Positions 28,712-39,561 of a stretch of DNA of 64,000 nt are shown here, one piece after another (position 1 is the stretch's first letter; the number at the start of each line of letters is the position of its first letter). A model generated the notes under the pieces. That model made no database searches, was not told the DNA's origin, and saw nothing but the letters and a program-made list of their open reading frames with translations. Origin of the DNA: Elusimicrobiota bacterium (GTDB lineage: Bacteria > Elusimicrobiota > Elusimicrobia > UBA1565 > UBA9628); assembly GCA_027451985.1 (NCBI GenBank), contig DAIDHS010000014.1, positions 1,748 to 65,747 of the forward strand, read 5' to 3'. The translations under genes and the position numbers were made by a program.

Positions 28712-29197
28712 ATGAAACACCGGCTCTCTCCCCCTCGCGCCAAAACCGCGCTCTGCTTGGCCGTCCTCGCGCTCGTCCTGGCGGCGCCGCGGCTTCGCGC
28801 CAAAACCATCGCCCAAGCGCGGCAGGAGATTCTCACCCAGACCCTGCGCTACTTGAACGTTCCTTATTTATGGGGCGGCGTCCAGCCCGCCACGGGCCTG
28901 GACTGCTCGGCCTTCGTCCAGCTCGTCTACCGCCGCGCGCACCTCTTTCTGCCGCGTTTGTCGCGGGAGCAATTCGCCGCCACGCGCTACTTGAAGCCCG
29001 AGAACGTTCTGCCCGGTGACCTGATCTTTTTCGCCATGAACCGCTCCCATCCGGACGAGGTCGATCACGTCGGGATTTACCTGGGCAAGGGCCTCTTCAT
29101 CCACGCCTCGGTCTCCGAGGGAGTGCACATCGAATCCATCGTCAAGCCCTATTACATGGAGCGGCTGGTGTCCATCCGCCGCTACGCGGGCTTCTGA
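28712..29197 (+). CDS. NlpC/P60 (C40) peptidoglycan endopeptidase
   Basis: PYLWGG, GLDCSAF, GDLIFF, HVGIY, FIHAS. Confidence 0.92.
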   Translation: MKHRLSPPRAKTALCLAVLALVLAAPRLRAKTIAQARQEILTQTLRYLNVPYLWGGVQPATGLDCSAFVQLVYRRAHLFLPRLSREQFAATRYLKPENVLPGDLIFFAMNRSHPDEVDHVGIYLGKGLFIHASVSEGVHIESIVKPYYMERLVSIRRYAGF

Positions 29198-29201
29198 CCC
29201 C

Positions 29202-29966
29202 ATGAGACTCGACCTCGCCCTCTTGGCGGTCATCGCGCTCTTCGGCGCCTTCGGCCTTTTCTCCGGCGCCGTCCGGCAGTTGGCCCAACTCGCGGGACTG
29301 GCCTTGGCTTATCTGGCGGCGCCGCGCGCGGCCCGGGCGCTGATGCCGCTGGCCCAAAAGCGCGTTCACTGGCCGCCGCAGATTCTGGGCCCCGCCGTCT
29401 CCGCTGCGGCGTTCCTGCTGATCATGGCCGTCGGCGGCGCCTTGGCCCGCTCGGCTTTGACCAGACTCTTCCGCGGGCGCTTAAACCGCGCGGCCGACCG
29501 CTCGATCGGTCTATTCCTAGGTGCGGGCAAGGGCGCGGCGCTGGTTTTCGCGGCGCTCTCCATCCTGCTCTTTGTCGGCAGTCCCGGCTCCCTGCCGCCG
29601 GGCCAACTCACTGACTTCATCGCGAACTCAAAGGCGATCGCGTTCGTGCGGAAGCACAACTTATTCTCCCTCGTGCACCTTCCAGAGCTCAACAAAATTT
29701 CGAAGCTGCTGACCGCCGCAAGAAATCCGGAGACCGCCAAAGCCTTGGCCAACAACCCCGATTTCAACGCCGCGCTGAGCGACCCCAAGTTCCAGGCGCT
29801 TTTGGGCCAACTCCACCCCGGGCAGGCTCCGAACCTGGGCGACGCGGAGAGCCTCATGCGCAGCCCGCAGATGCGCGCCCTGCTTCAAGATCCCGCGTTC
29901 ATCAAGCACCTGCTCAAGATGCAAGCCGCGCTTTCCAGCGGCGGTTCGACCCCCCCGGCACAATAG
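29202..29966 (+). CDS. CvpA-family membrane protein
   Basis: Four to five TMs, DRSIGLFLGAGKG motif, helical C-terminal tail. Confidence 0.8.
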   Translation: MRLDLALLAVIALFGAFGLFSGAVRQLAQLAGLALAYLAAPRAARALMPLAQKRVHWPPQILGPAVSAAAFLLIMAVGGALARSALTRLFRGRLNRAADRSIGLFLGAGKGAALVFAALSILLFVGSPGSLPPGQLTDFIANSKAIAFVRKHNLFSLVHLPELNKISKLLTAARNPETAKALANNPDFNAALSDPKFQALLGQLHPGQAPNLGDAESLMRSPQMRALLQDPAFIKHLLKMQAALSSGGSTPPAQ

Positions 29967-29984
29967 CCCGGCAGAGGACCGGCC

Positions 29985-31025
29985 CTAGCGGCCGTCGAAA
30001 TCGCCGGCGGCGGACTTAAAGCGCCTCAGCGCTTTTTGGGCTAAAGCGAGATTCACGCTCGGCCGCCGATTGGCGGGCCTGGCAGGCTCCGCCGCGGACA
30101 GGGCCTCCAAGACGGGCCCCACCTCGCTTACGTCCTCCCCTGAGCAACCCGAGTTCGGGGCGAAGCCCGAGTCCGGGCAGACCTTGGAGGTCCGGTGATA
30201 GAGCCCAAAGGGACGCAGAAGAAAAAATCCATGCTTGACGAAATCATCCTCGCCGCGCACCAGGATGCCCTCGACCAAATCCGTGCGCGTGTCGAAAACT
30301 GGGGAACCCGAACTGCCGCCCGCGTCATCCAAATCGGCCGAAAAATAGCCATGGGGCGAGATGGACACGATGCGCGCGTCCTCGGACACCTTGGCCGGCA
30401 GGCCGGAGGGATAACCGATCATGAACAGAGGCTCCCCCACCTCGGGGTGGAAGTCGCCATCGAGCGTCAGCGGCACATGATTAAGCACGGGGCGATTGAG
30501 CCGAACCAAGGACCAGTCCTGCCCGTCGTCCGAATATTTGCGGGCGACCAGGGCGCTGCAGCTGTAGACCTCGGTCGCGGGAACCGAAGTCGGGTTGGCG
30601 TTCGCCCGCGCGACGGAATATCCGAAGACGAACGCGGTGCCGCTGCAGTCCTTGGCCGAGGTGACGCAGTGCCCAGCCGTGGCGACCAGATCCGGCCCGA
30701 CTAAAAATCCGGAGCAAAACGCGCCGTCGGGCTCGTTGTAAAAACGCTCCCGCGTCTCGAGCTTGTAGTCTTTGCCGTAGCTCAGGGTCGGCAGGTACAC
30801 CCGTCCGCCCTTGATGTCGACGATGCTTCTCCAGGAAAAAAGCGAGAGCGTCGACCCGGCCAGTCTTTGGATCCGCCGCCGGACCTGGTAGACGTCGTAG
30901 CGGTTGTCCGCCCCGTAAATCGTCGGCTCGGGCGCGGGGCCCAAGCGCGGCGCGGCCCGCAGCCGGGGCGCGGCGGCCGGCAAAAGGAACGCCGCCAGGA
31001 AAATCGCCTTGCGCCTTGAATTCAT
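29985..31025 (-). CDS. Secreted trypsin-like serine protease
   Basis: IYGADNR, TAGHC, DWSLV, GGSSGSP. Confidence 0.9.
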   Translation of the reverse strand: MNSRRKAIFLAAFLLPAAAPRLRAAPRLGPAPEPTIYGADNRYDVYQVRRRIQRLAGSTLSLFSWRSIVDIKGGRVYLPTLSYGKDYKLETRERFYNEPDGAFCSGFLVGPDLVATAGHCVTSAKDCSGTAFVFGYSVARANANPTSVPATEVYSCSALVARKYSDDGQDWSLVRLNRPVLNHVPLTLDGDFHPEVGEPLFMIGYPSGLPAKVSEDARIVSISPHGYFSADLDDAGGSSGSPVFDTRTDLVEGILVRGEDDFVKHGFFLLRPFGLYHRTSKVCPDSGFAPNSGCSGEDVSEVGPVLEALSAAEPARPANRRPSVNLALAQKALRRFKSAAGDFDGR

Positions 31026-31065
31026 CCCGCTTAGGATAAGCGCCGGACCGCGCGGGCGCATGGGC

Positions 31066-32382
31066 CTATCGGGGAGCTTCGAGTTCCCCCAAAAGCCCAT
31101 GGGGCCCCGGCGCTTCCTGCGCGGCCAAGGGCAAGGACAGGGTGAAGCGGGCCCCGCCGCCCTCCAGATTCTCGGCCTTGAGGCCGCCGCCGTGCTTGAA
31201 GGCGGTCTCCCGGCAGAAATAGAGCCCGAGCCCGTTGCCGCCCTCCCGCCGCCGCGTGGTGTTCATGGGCTGGAACAGGTTCGCCATGGCCTCGGCCGGA
31301 ATCCCGGGGCCCGTGTCCTCGACGATGACCGCCGCTTCAAGGGCGTCCGCTCCGGAGCGGACCGCGCCGATGCTCAGGACGCCGCCGCGCCGCATCGCCT
31401 GCACCGCGTTGGCCGCCAGGTTCATCAAAAGGCGCTCGAGCTCCACCCGCGCGGCCAAGACGCAAAGCGGCTCGGGGTCCAGGCGCTTGCGGACCTCCAC
31501 CCCGGCGCCGATGAGGGTTCCCGCGCAGAGTTCCAGAGCCGAATCGACCACGTCACGGAGATCAAGAAGGCGCAAAGGCTCATCATCGTCGCGGACGGCG
31601 CTGAGGATGCCGGCGAGCATGCCCCGGCAGCGATCCGCCGCGCGGCGGATTTTTTGCACGTCCCTCCGCGCTTCCGAGTCGAGCGACTGGTTTTGCAGAC
31701 AGATTTCGGCGAAGCCCAGGATGACCGCCAGCGGCGTCCGCAAATCGTGGACGATGCCGGCCGACATCAGCCCCAAAGCGGCGAACCTCTCGGTCTGCGG
31801 ATCGCGCGCCGCGGCCGCCCGGCTCTCGTTCTCCAAACTCCTCATCTGCTCGCGCTGGCGCTCGATCCTGGCCCGGGAGCGCCGTTCCGCGCTGGCCAGA
31901 CGCCAGATCGCGGCCGCGGAGAACAGAAATAGGCCGTCCTTCAGGAAAAGCCCGAAGGCGGCGGACTCCCCTAGCCGGCGCAGGGTGACGGCGTAAAAAA
32001 CCGTGTTGAAGCAGACCGCGCCCGCCGTGATCCAAGCCACGTCCCTGCCGTCCAAGAGCAGCGCGGCCGTGTAAATCGGCAGGAGATAGAGGACCCAGAG
32101 GTTGGAATCAACCCCGCCGGAGTAAGACAGCAGGGCGGTAATCACGCCGCAATTGGCGAGAATGATGGCGGCGGAGAGCCCTTGCTTCGACGGCCACCGG
32201 CGCACCGCGAAAATCGCGAGAAAATTGAGGGTGAGCAGCGTCAGAAACAAATAAAGGACGGCGGGATAAACGAGGTTGGCGTTTTCGCGCCCAAGATAAG
32301 CGATGGCGGAGAGGAAAATGCAGAAGACCGCCTCGTACTTGTAGGCGAGAATGCGCCCGCCGTCTTCGTTGTGTCCTCCCAT
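31066..32382 (-). CDS. Membrane sensor histidine kinase (orphan in this window)
   Basis: TM region, HDLRTPL, N box, DTGPG, GNGLGL. Confidence 0.92.
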   Translation of the reverse strand: MGGHNEDGGRILAYKYEAVFCIFLSAIAYLGRENANLVYPAVLYLFLTLLTLNFLAIFAVRRWPSKQGLSAAIILANCGVITALLSYSGGVDSNLWVLYLLPIYTAALLLDGRDVAWITAGAVCFNTVFYAVTLRRLGESAAFGLFLKDGLFLFSAAAIWRLASAERRSRARIERQREQMRSLENESRAAAARDPQTERFAALGLMSAGIVHDLRTPLAVILGFAEICLQNQSLDSEARRDVQKIRRAADRCRGMLAGILSAVRDDDEPLRLLDLRDVVDSALELCAGTLIGAGVEVRKRLDPEPLCVLAARVELERLLMNLAANAVQAMRRGGVLSIGAVRSGADALEAAVIVEDTGPGIPAEAMANLFQPMNTTRRREGGNGLGLYFCRETAFKHGGGLKAENLEGGGARFTLSLPLAAQEAPGPHGLLGELEAPR

Positions 32383-32456
32383 GGCCGCCTCTCGCCTAAG
32401 GATGGCGCAGCCGGCTGTCGCGCGGCTGAGCGGCTCCTTAATTCCCGCTTAACTTG

Positions 32457-32726
32457 CTATATGGCGGCTTGCCGGCCCGGCCAAGCCTGACGCGGCCAGA
32501 GGCCGGCTTGCGTTTGCGTGGCGGCGACTTGCTGACGCAACTGGACGATCATGGCGACGGCGCGCCTCAAAAACGGCCGGAACGCGGAGGCGAAGCATCG
32601 CTCTACGGCGGCCAGGCTTTCTTGCTCGCCGGACAAGGAGAGGGCGTGCCCACGCGCCATCCAGCAGGCGGCGCCCAAAATCGCAAACCCGGAGGCGGTT
32701 AAGGCGAGGCGTTTTGCGCGCGTCAT
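32457..32726 (-). CDS. Small hypothetical protein
   Basis: Fills the gap between glpK and the kinase; TATAAA/TAATAT-like -10 upstream; N-terminal hydrophobic stretch. Confidence 0.4.
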   Translation of the reverse strand: MTRAKRLALTASGFAILGAACWMARGHALSLSGEQESLAAVERCFASAFRPFLRRAVAMIVQLRQQVAATQTQAGLWPRQAWPGRQAAI

Positions 32727-32768
32727 AGGGTTTCCAGCTTTTATATTAACAAATGTGAATAGAGAATT

Positions 32769-34289
32769 CTATTCACTAACCCAATCAAATGATCGAGTCA
32801 CCGCCTTTTTCCAGTGGCGGTAGAGCTCGGAGCGCGCGCCCTCCGCCATGCGGGGCTCCCACGAGCGGCCCAAGCGCCGATTCGCGCGCAGCTCGTCCAA
32901 GTCCCGAAAAAACCCCGCGGCCAGTCCGGCGGCATAGGCCGCGCCCAAGGCGGTGGTCTCCAGAACGGCCGGGCGCACCACGGGCCGGTTCAGGATGTCC
33001 GCCTGGAACTGCATGAGCGTCTTATTGGCCGCCATGCCCCCGTCCGCGCGCAGGGAGCCCAGCCTGATGCCCGAATCCGCCTCCATCGCCTCGACCACTT
33101 CCCGGATCTGATAGGCCGTGGCCTCAAGCGCGGCCCGCGCCAAGTGGCCTTTGTTGGCGTAGCGCGTCAGGCCCGCGACCACGCCGCGCGCCGCCGCGTT
33201 CCAATACGGGGCATAGAGGCCGGAGAAGGCGGGCACGAAGTAGACGCCGCCGTTGTCCTCGACCGTGCGCGCCAGGGCCTCGATGTCCGCGCTGCGGCGG
33301 ATGAGGCCCAGGTTGTCGCGCAGCCACTGCACCAACGCTCCGCCCACGGCGACGCTGCCCTCCAGGGCGTAGAGCGCCGGGTTTTTCCCCAGCTTGCAGG
33401 CGACGGTGGTCACCAGGCCCGAGGACGAGGCGACGGGCGAGGTTCCCGTGTTCATCAGCAGAAAGCAGCCGGTGCCGTAGGTGCTTTTGGCCTCTCCCGG
33501 ATTGAAGCACGCCTGGCCGAAGAGCGCGGCCTGCTGATCGCCCAGGATTCCCGCGATGGGAACGCCCGCGATGGCGGGCAATTGGGCGCGGCCGTAGACC
33601 TCGGCGCTGGGGCGCGGCTCGGGCAGCATCTTTTCGGGAATCGCGAAGAGCTTCAAGATGTCCTTATCCCACGCGAGCGTCTTGAGGTTGAGCAGCTGCG
33701 TGCGGCTGGCGTTGGTCACGTCCGTGGCGTGCACGCCTCCTTTGGGTCCGCCGGTCAAATTCCAGAGGAGAAAAGAGTCGACGGTGCCAAAGAGCAGCTC
33801 GCCCGCCTCGGCCCGCGCCCGCGCGCCGGGGACGCGGTCCAAAATCCAGCGCAGCTTCAATCCGCTGAAATAGGTCGAAAGCGGCAGGCCCGTTTTCGCG
33901 CGCAGGCGGTCTAGCCCGCCGTCCTTGGCCAGCTCCGCGACGGAGTCCTGCACGCGCGTATCCTGCCAGACGATGGCGTTGCCGACCGCCCGGCCGGTCT
34001 TGCGGCTCCACACCACCGTGGTTTCCCGCTGGTTGGTGATGCCTACGGCGGCCAGGTCTTGGGGCCTCAAGCCTTTGCGGCGCATGGCCGCGGCCACGAC
34101 CTCTTGCGTGCGCCGCCAGATCTCGGCCGGCGAGTGCTCGACCCAGCCGGGCTTGGGATAAATCTGCCGGTGCTCCTTCTGCGCGCTGGAGACGACGCGC
34201 CCCGCGCGGTCGAAAACGATGAAGCGCGTGCTAGACGTGCCCTGGTCGATGGCGCCCAGGTAGCGCGGCCCGCGGTCTTTATGGCGCAT
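32769..34289 (-). CDS. glpK: Glycerol kinase
   Basis: [41 protein letters not shown]. Confidence 0.96.
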   Translation of the reverse strand: MRHKDRGPRYLGAIDQGTSSTRFIVFDRAGRVVSSAQKEHRQIYPKPGWVEHSPAEIWRRTQEVVAAAMRRKGLRPQDLAAVGITNQRETTVVWSRKTGRAVGNAIVWQDTRVQDSVAELAKDGGLDRLRAKTGLPLSTYFSGLKLRWILDRVPGARARAEAGELLFGTVDSFLLWNLTGGPKGGVHATDVTNASRTQLLNLKTLAWDKDILKLFAIPEKMLPEPRPSAEVYGRAQLPAIAGVPIAGILGDQQAALFGQACFNPGEAKSTYGTGCFLLMNTGTSPVASSSGLVTTVACKLGKNPALYALEGSVAVGGALVQWLRDNLGLIRRSADIEALARTVEDNGGVYFVPAFSGLYAPYWNAAARGVVAGLTRYANKGHLARAALEATAYQIREVVEAMEADSGIRLGSLRADGGMAANKTLMQFQADILNRPVVRPAVLETTALGAAYAAGLAAGFFRDLDELRANRRLGRSWEPRMAEGARSELYRHWKKAVTRSFDWVSE

Positions 34290-34356
34290 GTCTTGCCTCC
34301 GGATTCAATCTGGTATAGTCTAGCGGTGAAACGCCGCGCCCCACAAGGCGAGCCCA

Positions 34357-34902
34357 ATGTCTTCTAGCCCGGTCCGCGTCCCCACGATTGAGACCGCGCG
34401 GCTCTTGTTGCGCGGCCATAGCCCTGATGATTTCCCCGCGTGCGCGGCCATGTGGGCCGACGAGCGCGTCACGCGGCACATCACGGGCAAGCCCTCCACA
34501 AAACCGCAGACCTGGGCGCGCATGCTCGGCTACGCCGGGCATTGGGACTTCCTGGGCTACGGCTACTGGGCCGTCGAGGAGAAAAGCTCCAAGTCTTATG
34601 TCGGAGAGCTCGGTTTCGCCGATTTCAAGCGCGACTTCGAACCCTCCATCGCAGGGATTCCGGAAATGGGCTGGGCGCTCGCGCCCGCGGTGCACGGCCG
34701 GGGCTACGCCAAGGAGGCGATGGCGGCGGCGCTGCAATGGCGCGACGCGAACTTGAAGTCCGAGCAAACGGCCTGCCTCATCAACCCCGGCAACCTCGCG
34801 TCCCTCGCGCTGGCCGAAAAGTTCGGCTTCCGCTGGGCGCAGGATGCGCTCTATCAGGGCGTTCCCGTGAAGCTGTTCTTCAGGAACCGGGGCGGACGCT
34901 AG
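34357..34902 (+). CDS. RimJ/RimL-type GNAT acetyltransferase
   Basis: ETARLLLR, EMGW, HGRGYAKE, NLASLALAEKFGF. Confidence 0.9.
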   Translation: MSSSPVRVPTIETARLLLRGHSPDDFPACAAMWADERVTRHITGKPSTKPQTWARMLGYAGHWDFLGYGYWAVEEKSSKSYVGELGFADFKRDFEPSIAGIPEMGWALAPAVHGRGYAKEAMAAALQWRDANLKSEQTACLINPGNLASLALAEKFGFRWAQDALYQGVPVKLFFRNRGGR

Positions 34903-34914
34903 GCGCGGCCGCGG

Positions 34915-35835
34915 CTAGCGTTCTACTTTCCGCTTCCAATCCGCGAAGAGCGCATCGTAGGAGGTTCCGTAGATTTTTCGGTAGGCTTGCGGAGTTCCCC
35001 CGGAATCGATGAGCGTCCAGAGCTTGGCCATACCGCCTTTGCGGAGCAGGAATTCGACGAAGGACCAGGACGCCCAGTAGAAATCCACGCGGATGTGCTG
35101 GCTCGAAAAGTTGTAGTGGCCGGGCTCGCCCAGGCCTTCGAGGAGCCCGGGCGGGTCCTCCGCGATGATTCTCTTGGCTTCCTTGTCCGGATTCGCTCCG
35201 GCGACCATGAAGGGCGCGGAGGCTTGGCCGGGGCGCAGGCGCCCTTGAACGGCGCAGGCGATGCCCTCGGCCAGGGACTGCGACGCGCCGTAGCCGGCCA
35301 GAAGATGCGTCATCTCATGAAAAATCGGCGAGCGCCCTTCCTTGACCCAGGCCAGCATGATGCCGGTTTCCCCCGGCTGGGCCCCGGGCACGCCGGCTTC
35401 CGAGATGGGTCCGTCATCGTAGACGTAGACGGTGAAGCGCTTGCGCACCAGCGGCGGCCGCCCGGTCAGACGCGGAATGTCGTAAACGGCCTGCCGGAGG
35501 TCAGAGACTAGTTGCGCGATTTGCCGCGCATTAAGATAGTTTTTCTCGACGACTAAAAGGATTCCGCCCAAGTCCGTATCGACGAAGTACTCATCGCTGT
35601 TTCTGGCGTCTAGAAGTTTGCGGCGAAAGGCGTCGTTCTCATCGTAAGAATCGGGGTTCGCGGCTTCCTGCGCGATCCTATGATAGGGAAGGGCCGGCTG
35701 GCCGGGCGCGGCGAGAGGAATACCCGCCTGTTGCGGAGCCAAGCGCCGCAAGTCTTGAAGCGCCGGCCGCCGTTCTCCGGCCCGCGCGGCCGCGGCCGGA
35801 AGAAGAAGGGCAAAGACGCAGGGCCAAATCTTCAT
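34915..35835 (-). CDS. Secreted zincin-like (HExxH) protein
   Basis: Signal peptide, HEMTH followed by LAEG. Confidence 0.65.
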   Translation of the reverse strand: MKIWPCVFALLLPAAAARAGERRPALQDLRRLAPQQAGIPLAAPGQPALPYHRIAQEAANPDSYDENDAFRRKLLDARNSDEYFVDTDLGGILLVVEKNYLNARQIAQLVSDLRQAVYDIPRLTGRPPLVRKRFTVYVYDDGPISEAGVPGAQPGETGIMLAWVKEGRSPIFHEMTHLLAGYGASQSLAEGIACAVQGRLRPGQASAPFMVAGANPDKEAKRIIAEDPPGLLEGLGEPGHYNFSSQHIRVDFYWASWSFVEFLLRKGGMAKLWTLIDSGGTPQAYRKIYGTSYDALFADWKRKVER

Positions 35836-35923
35836 GCCGCCCGAGTTTACTGCGGGAGATTTTCCGGCGCCAGGGTCCTTTGGTCCCCGGGTCGGGGCAA
35901 GGCGTCCGTTCATGCGCCAAAAT

Positions 35924-35998
35924 TGGCTCCCGGAGTAGGACTCGAACCTACAACCTAGCGGTTAACAGCCGCTCGCTCCACCATTGAGCTATCCGGGA
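35924..35998 (-). tRNA. tRNA-Asn(GTT)
   Basis: TCCCGGA/TCCGGGA acceptor stem, GTT anticodon, GTTCGAG T-loop, encoded CCA. Confidence 0.96.
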
Positions 35999-36107
35999 AT
36001 GGATAGCGGAACTCTCGTCCGCGCGACATGATTCTACTATTTTTTACCGTTTTTTTATCCCCGTCAACTTGATTTCCGCACCCCGGGGCGCTATGCTTGT
36101 TGTGCCT

Positions 36108-37220
36108 ATGGCAGAAAACAATTCGACTCTCGCCGACTTGCTCAGGGACGTGGCCGCCAAGGGCGGATCGGATCTGCACCTGGTGCCGGGCCTTCCCCCC
36201 TTGGCGCGCGTGGGCGGCAACCTGCGCCAGATGCCGCACCCCGCGCTCGACGCCTCCGCCATCGGCAAGCTCATCGAGCCCTACATGGACGAGCCGCGCC
36301 GGCAGTCCTACGCCAACGAGATGCGCGCCAACTTCTCCTGCAGCATCGAGGGCATCGGCCGCTTTCGCTTCAGCGTCTGCCAGACCCTGGGCATGCCCAG
36401 CGCCGCCATCCGCTTGACGCCGACCAAAATCCACCCCTTGGCCACGCTGGGACTGCCCCCCATCGTGCAGACTTTGGTCAACCGCCGCGCGGGCCTGATT
36501 TTCATCACCGGCGCCACCGGCAACGGAAAGAGCACCACCATGGCCGCCATGATCGAGCACATCAACCAGAGCGGCGAGCCCAGCAAGGTCATGACCGTGG
36601 AAGACCCCATCGAGTTTTTGTTCAAGCCCGCGCGCTCGATTTTCGTGCAGAGGGAAGTGGGCGTGGACACGCCCAGCTTCGACATGGGCATCGTCGACTC
36701 TCTGCGCCAGGACCCCGACATCCTCTGCGTGGGCGAGATGCGCGGCACCGCCTCCATCAACGCCGCGCTTTTGGCCGCGGAGACGGGCCACCTGGTGCTG
36801 ACCACCCTGCACACCCGCGACGCGTCCAAGACCGCGCAGCGCGTCGTGGCCGCGTTCTCCCAAGTGGATCAAGACGGCATCCGCGAGCAGCTGGCCTCGA
36901 CCTTGGAGGCCGTCATCTCCCAGCGCCTGCTGCCGCGCGCCGACGGCCGCGGCCTGGTGCTGGCCTGCGAGGTCCTGGTCGCCACCCCCGCGGTGCGCCA
37001 GCTCATCCGCGAGAACAAGTTCGAGGCCATCAACGACGCCATCCAGTCGGGGATGAAGGACGGCATGGTTTCGCTCGACGCCTCGATTAAGGCCCTCTAC
37101 CAGAAGCAGCTCATCAGCCGGGCCACGGCGGCGGAGAACATGCGCCACCCGGAGATGCTGCCGGCGGGACCGGCGGGAACGGCTCAGGCCTTCGCGGGCG
37201 GCAAGCCCGGCGGCGCCTGA
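36108..37220 (+). CDS. pilT: PilT/PilU-family type IV pilus ATPase
   Basis: SDLHL, GATGNGKSTT, EDPIE, LRQDPD, GEMR, AETGHLV, TLHT. Confidence 0.9.
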   Translation: MAENNSTLADLLRDVAAKGGSDLHLVPGLPPLARVGGNLRQMPHPALDASAIGKLIEPYMDEPRRQSYANEMRANFSCSIEGIGRFRFSVCQTLGMPSAAIRLTPTKIHPLATLGLPPIVQTLVNRRAGLIFITGATGNGKSTTMAAMIEHINQSGEPSKVMTVEDPIEFLFKPARSIFVQREVGVDTPSFDMGIVDSLRQDPDILCVGEMRGTASINAALLAAETGHLVLTTLHTRDASKTAQRVVAAFSQVDQDGIREQLASTLEAVISQRLLPRADGRGLVLACEVLVATPAVRQLIRENKFEAINDAIQSGMKDGMVSLDASIKALYQKQLISRATAAENMRHPEMLPAGPAGTAQAFAGGKPGGA

Positions 37221-39484
37221 CGGCGCGCCCACTCTTTCTTCCACTCCTCGAACTGGGCGCGCAGCTTTTCTTCGTTGCGGGAAATCTGCTCCAAATAGTG
37301 CCGGTGCTGCTCCTCCAAGGCCTTGAGCCGCGCTTCCACGGCCTCGGCCTCGCGCTTGGCCCAGATGTCGCGCAGGGACTTCTCCATCTCGAGGTATTTG
37401 CGCTCGCGCAGGGCTTCCCGCTGGCCGGAAGACTCCTCCAGCGCCAGGCGCTGGGCCTCCCACTCCTTCTCGCGGCGCTGCAGGGTGTCCCAGGTCTTGC
37501 GGCGCGCGGCGTCTGACTCGGCGAGCTTCTCCTCCAGGGCCTTGATGCGCAGGTTGCGCTCCAAAACGTTTTCCCGCATCTGGGCGTCCAAGCGCTGCAG
37601 GTCTTCCTTCAAGCGCGCGATCTGGGCCTGCGCGTCCTGGCGCAGGCGCTCTTTCTCGCTGCCCGCCTTTTCGGCCGCGTACTGCGACTCGCGGCGGCGG
37701 CTCTCCTCCAATTGCGCGACCAGCGCCTCGTGCTTGGAGATGAGGTCCTGCTCCTTGCGGGCGTAGGCTTCCGCCAGCTCGGCCTCCGCGGTCTTTCGCT
37801 GCGCCTCGAACTCCTCCTCCATCTTGCGCGCGGACAGGGCGAAGTCCCGGCGCAGGCGGTCCTGCGCGGCCTCGTGGCCCTGCACCAATTCCTGCTCGCG
37901 CACGGCCCAGCGGCGGTCCAAATTCTTCTCCTTTAAGGCGTACTCCGCGGCCATGGACGCCTTTTTCTCCTCGAAGGCGTGCTCCAAGGCGCGGCGGCCG
38001 CTTTCCAACTCCGCGAGCCTGGCCTCGTAGTCCGCCTCCAGACCGCGGGCTTTCTCCTCGAGCTTTTTCTCCAAGGCCGCCTTCTCGCCCTGCGCGAGGC
38101 GGGCCTGCTCCTGCAGAAGCTCCACGCGCCGGCGGTTGAAGTCTTCCTCGGCCGCGCGGGTCTTGGCGACGAACTCCTCCGCCCGGTCGCGCTCGCGCGC
38201 CTCGAAGGCGGCTTCCAACTCCGCCGTTTTTTTGGCGATGAAATCGTTCTGGGCGCGGACGCGCTGGGCCTCGACGCGCGCGGCGTCCTCCAATATCCGG
38301 GAGTTGCGGTGGCGGTAGTCGGCCTCAAGCTCGTCCTTGGCGCGGGAAAGCTCCTGGGCGTTGGCCGCGCGCTGGGCTTCCAGAGCCTTTATCTTGTCCC
38401 GGTAGCGCAGCTCGATTTCGGCCCGTTCCTTGGCCAACTCCTCGTCGTAGCGGCCCAGGAAGCGCTTTTCCTTCTCTTCCCAGGAGGCCTTGAGCTCGCG
38501 CTCCTTCTGCGCCCAGCGCGCCTCGGCCTCGGCGCATTTCTTGGCGTAGTCGTCCTGGAGCTCCTGTTGGCGCTGGACCAGGATCTGATCAATCTCCTTG
38601 CTCCGCTCGGCCAGGGCGCGGGATTTCTCCGCGAACTGCTGTTCCGCGATTTCGTCCAGCTTGTCGCGGCCGGCCTTGGCCTTCTGCCACAAATTGTTCT
38701 CAAGCTCGGCCCAAGAGGACTCGAGCTCCATCTCCCGCTTGCTGTAGCGCTCGTGCAGGGACTGCTCCTTCAAGCGCATGTCCCGCAGCAGCGTCTCCTC
38801 TCTCTCCTTCAAGCGCTTCTCCATCTCGAGCGCGGCGGCGGAAATCTGTTTTTTAAGCTCCTCGTTCTCGCGCCTGAGCGCCTCGTTTTGGCGCTGTTTG
38901 TCCTCGGACTCCAGCTCCAGGCGCCTTAAGCCCGCGGCCACCTCCCGCTCGCGCCGCTCGCGCAGCTCCGCCACGGTCTTGGAATCGTCGTGGTAGCGCC
39001 GGGAAAGCTCGACCTTCTCCCGCTCGGCGCGCAGCAGCTCCGCCTGATAGCGCTCCAGGCTCTTCTTCAACTCCTCCCACTGCGCCTCCTTGTCCTTCTG
39101 CTGACCCGCCAGGCGCAGGATTTCGCCGCGCAGGCGCGCCGTCTCCTCTTCGAGCGCGGCCTGGGCCTGCTGCAGGCGGGTCTTCTCCTCCGCGCGGATT
39201 TCCAGCTTGACCGAGTTGCGCCAACTTTCCTCCTGGGCCTGGCGCGCGCGGTCCTGCTCCTCCCAGACCTTGGCCTGGTCCTGCCAGCGCTGCACCTGCG
39301 CGGTCAGGTCCGAAAGGTGGCTTTCCAGAAGGCGCCGCGCGGCGTCGTGCGACTGCGCCTCGGCCTTGGCCCGGGCGTTTTGTTCCTGCAGGTTGCGGAT
39401 GGTGGCGAGAGCTCCCCGAATGGCCAGGCGGGCGGAGTCCAGGCTGTTGATTTCGCGCAGCGCTTCTTCGTCCCAGTCGCTCAT
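37184..39484 (-). CDS. Long coiled-coil protein
   Basis: 766 aa E/K/R/Q/L heptad-rich sequence; no catalytic motif seen. Confidence 0.8.
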   Translation of the reverse strand: MSDWDEEALREINSLDSARLAIRGALATIRNLQEQNARAKAEAQSHDAARRLLESHLSDLTAQVQRWQDQAKVWEEQDRARQAQEESWRNSVKLEIRAEEKTRLQQAQAALEEETARLRGEILRLAGQQKDKEAQWEELKKSLERYQAELLRAEREKVELSRRYHDDSKTVAELRERREREVAAGLRRLELESEDKQRQNEALRRENEELKKQISAAALEMEKRLKEREETLLRDMRLKEQSLHERYSKREMELESSWAELENNLWQKAKAGRDKLDEIAEQQFAEKSRALAERSKEIDQILVQRQQELQDDYAKKCAEAEARWAQKERELKASWEEKEKRFLGRYDEELAKERAEIELRYRDKIKALEAQRAANAQELSRAKDELEADYRHRNSRILEDAARVEAQRVRAQNDFIAKKTAELEAAFEARERDRAEEFVAKTRAAEEDFNRRRVELLQEQARLAQGEKAALEKKLEEKARGLEADYEARLAELESGRRALEHAFEEKKASMAAEYALKEKNLDRRWAVREQELVQGHEAAQDRLRRDFALSARKMEEEFEAQRKTAEAELAEAYARKEQDLISKHEALVAQLEESRRRESQYAAEKAGSEKERLRQDAQAQIARLKEDLQRLDAQMRENVLERNLRIKALEEKLAESDAARRKTWDTLQRREKEWEAQRLALEESSGQREALRERKYLEMEKSLRDIWAKREAEAVEARLKALEEQHRHYLEQISRNEEKLRAQFEEWKKEWARRQAPPGLPPAKA

Positions 39485-39561
39485 AAGGGTGGCCGACTTA
39501 AAGATAGAAGATGCATATTGCGAATTTATTAGGAAAGATTTACAATGAGGGCAGGCAAACC

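Noticed and set aside
29202-29966. CvpA as part of bacteriocin production
   Set aside because: A widespread envelope gene, here coupled to NlpC/P60 and about 9 kb from the RiPP cluster
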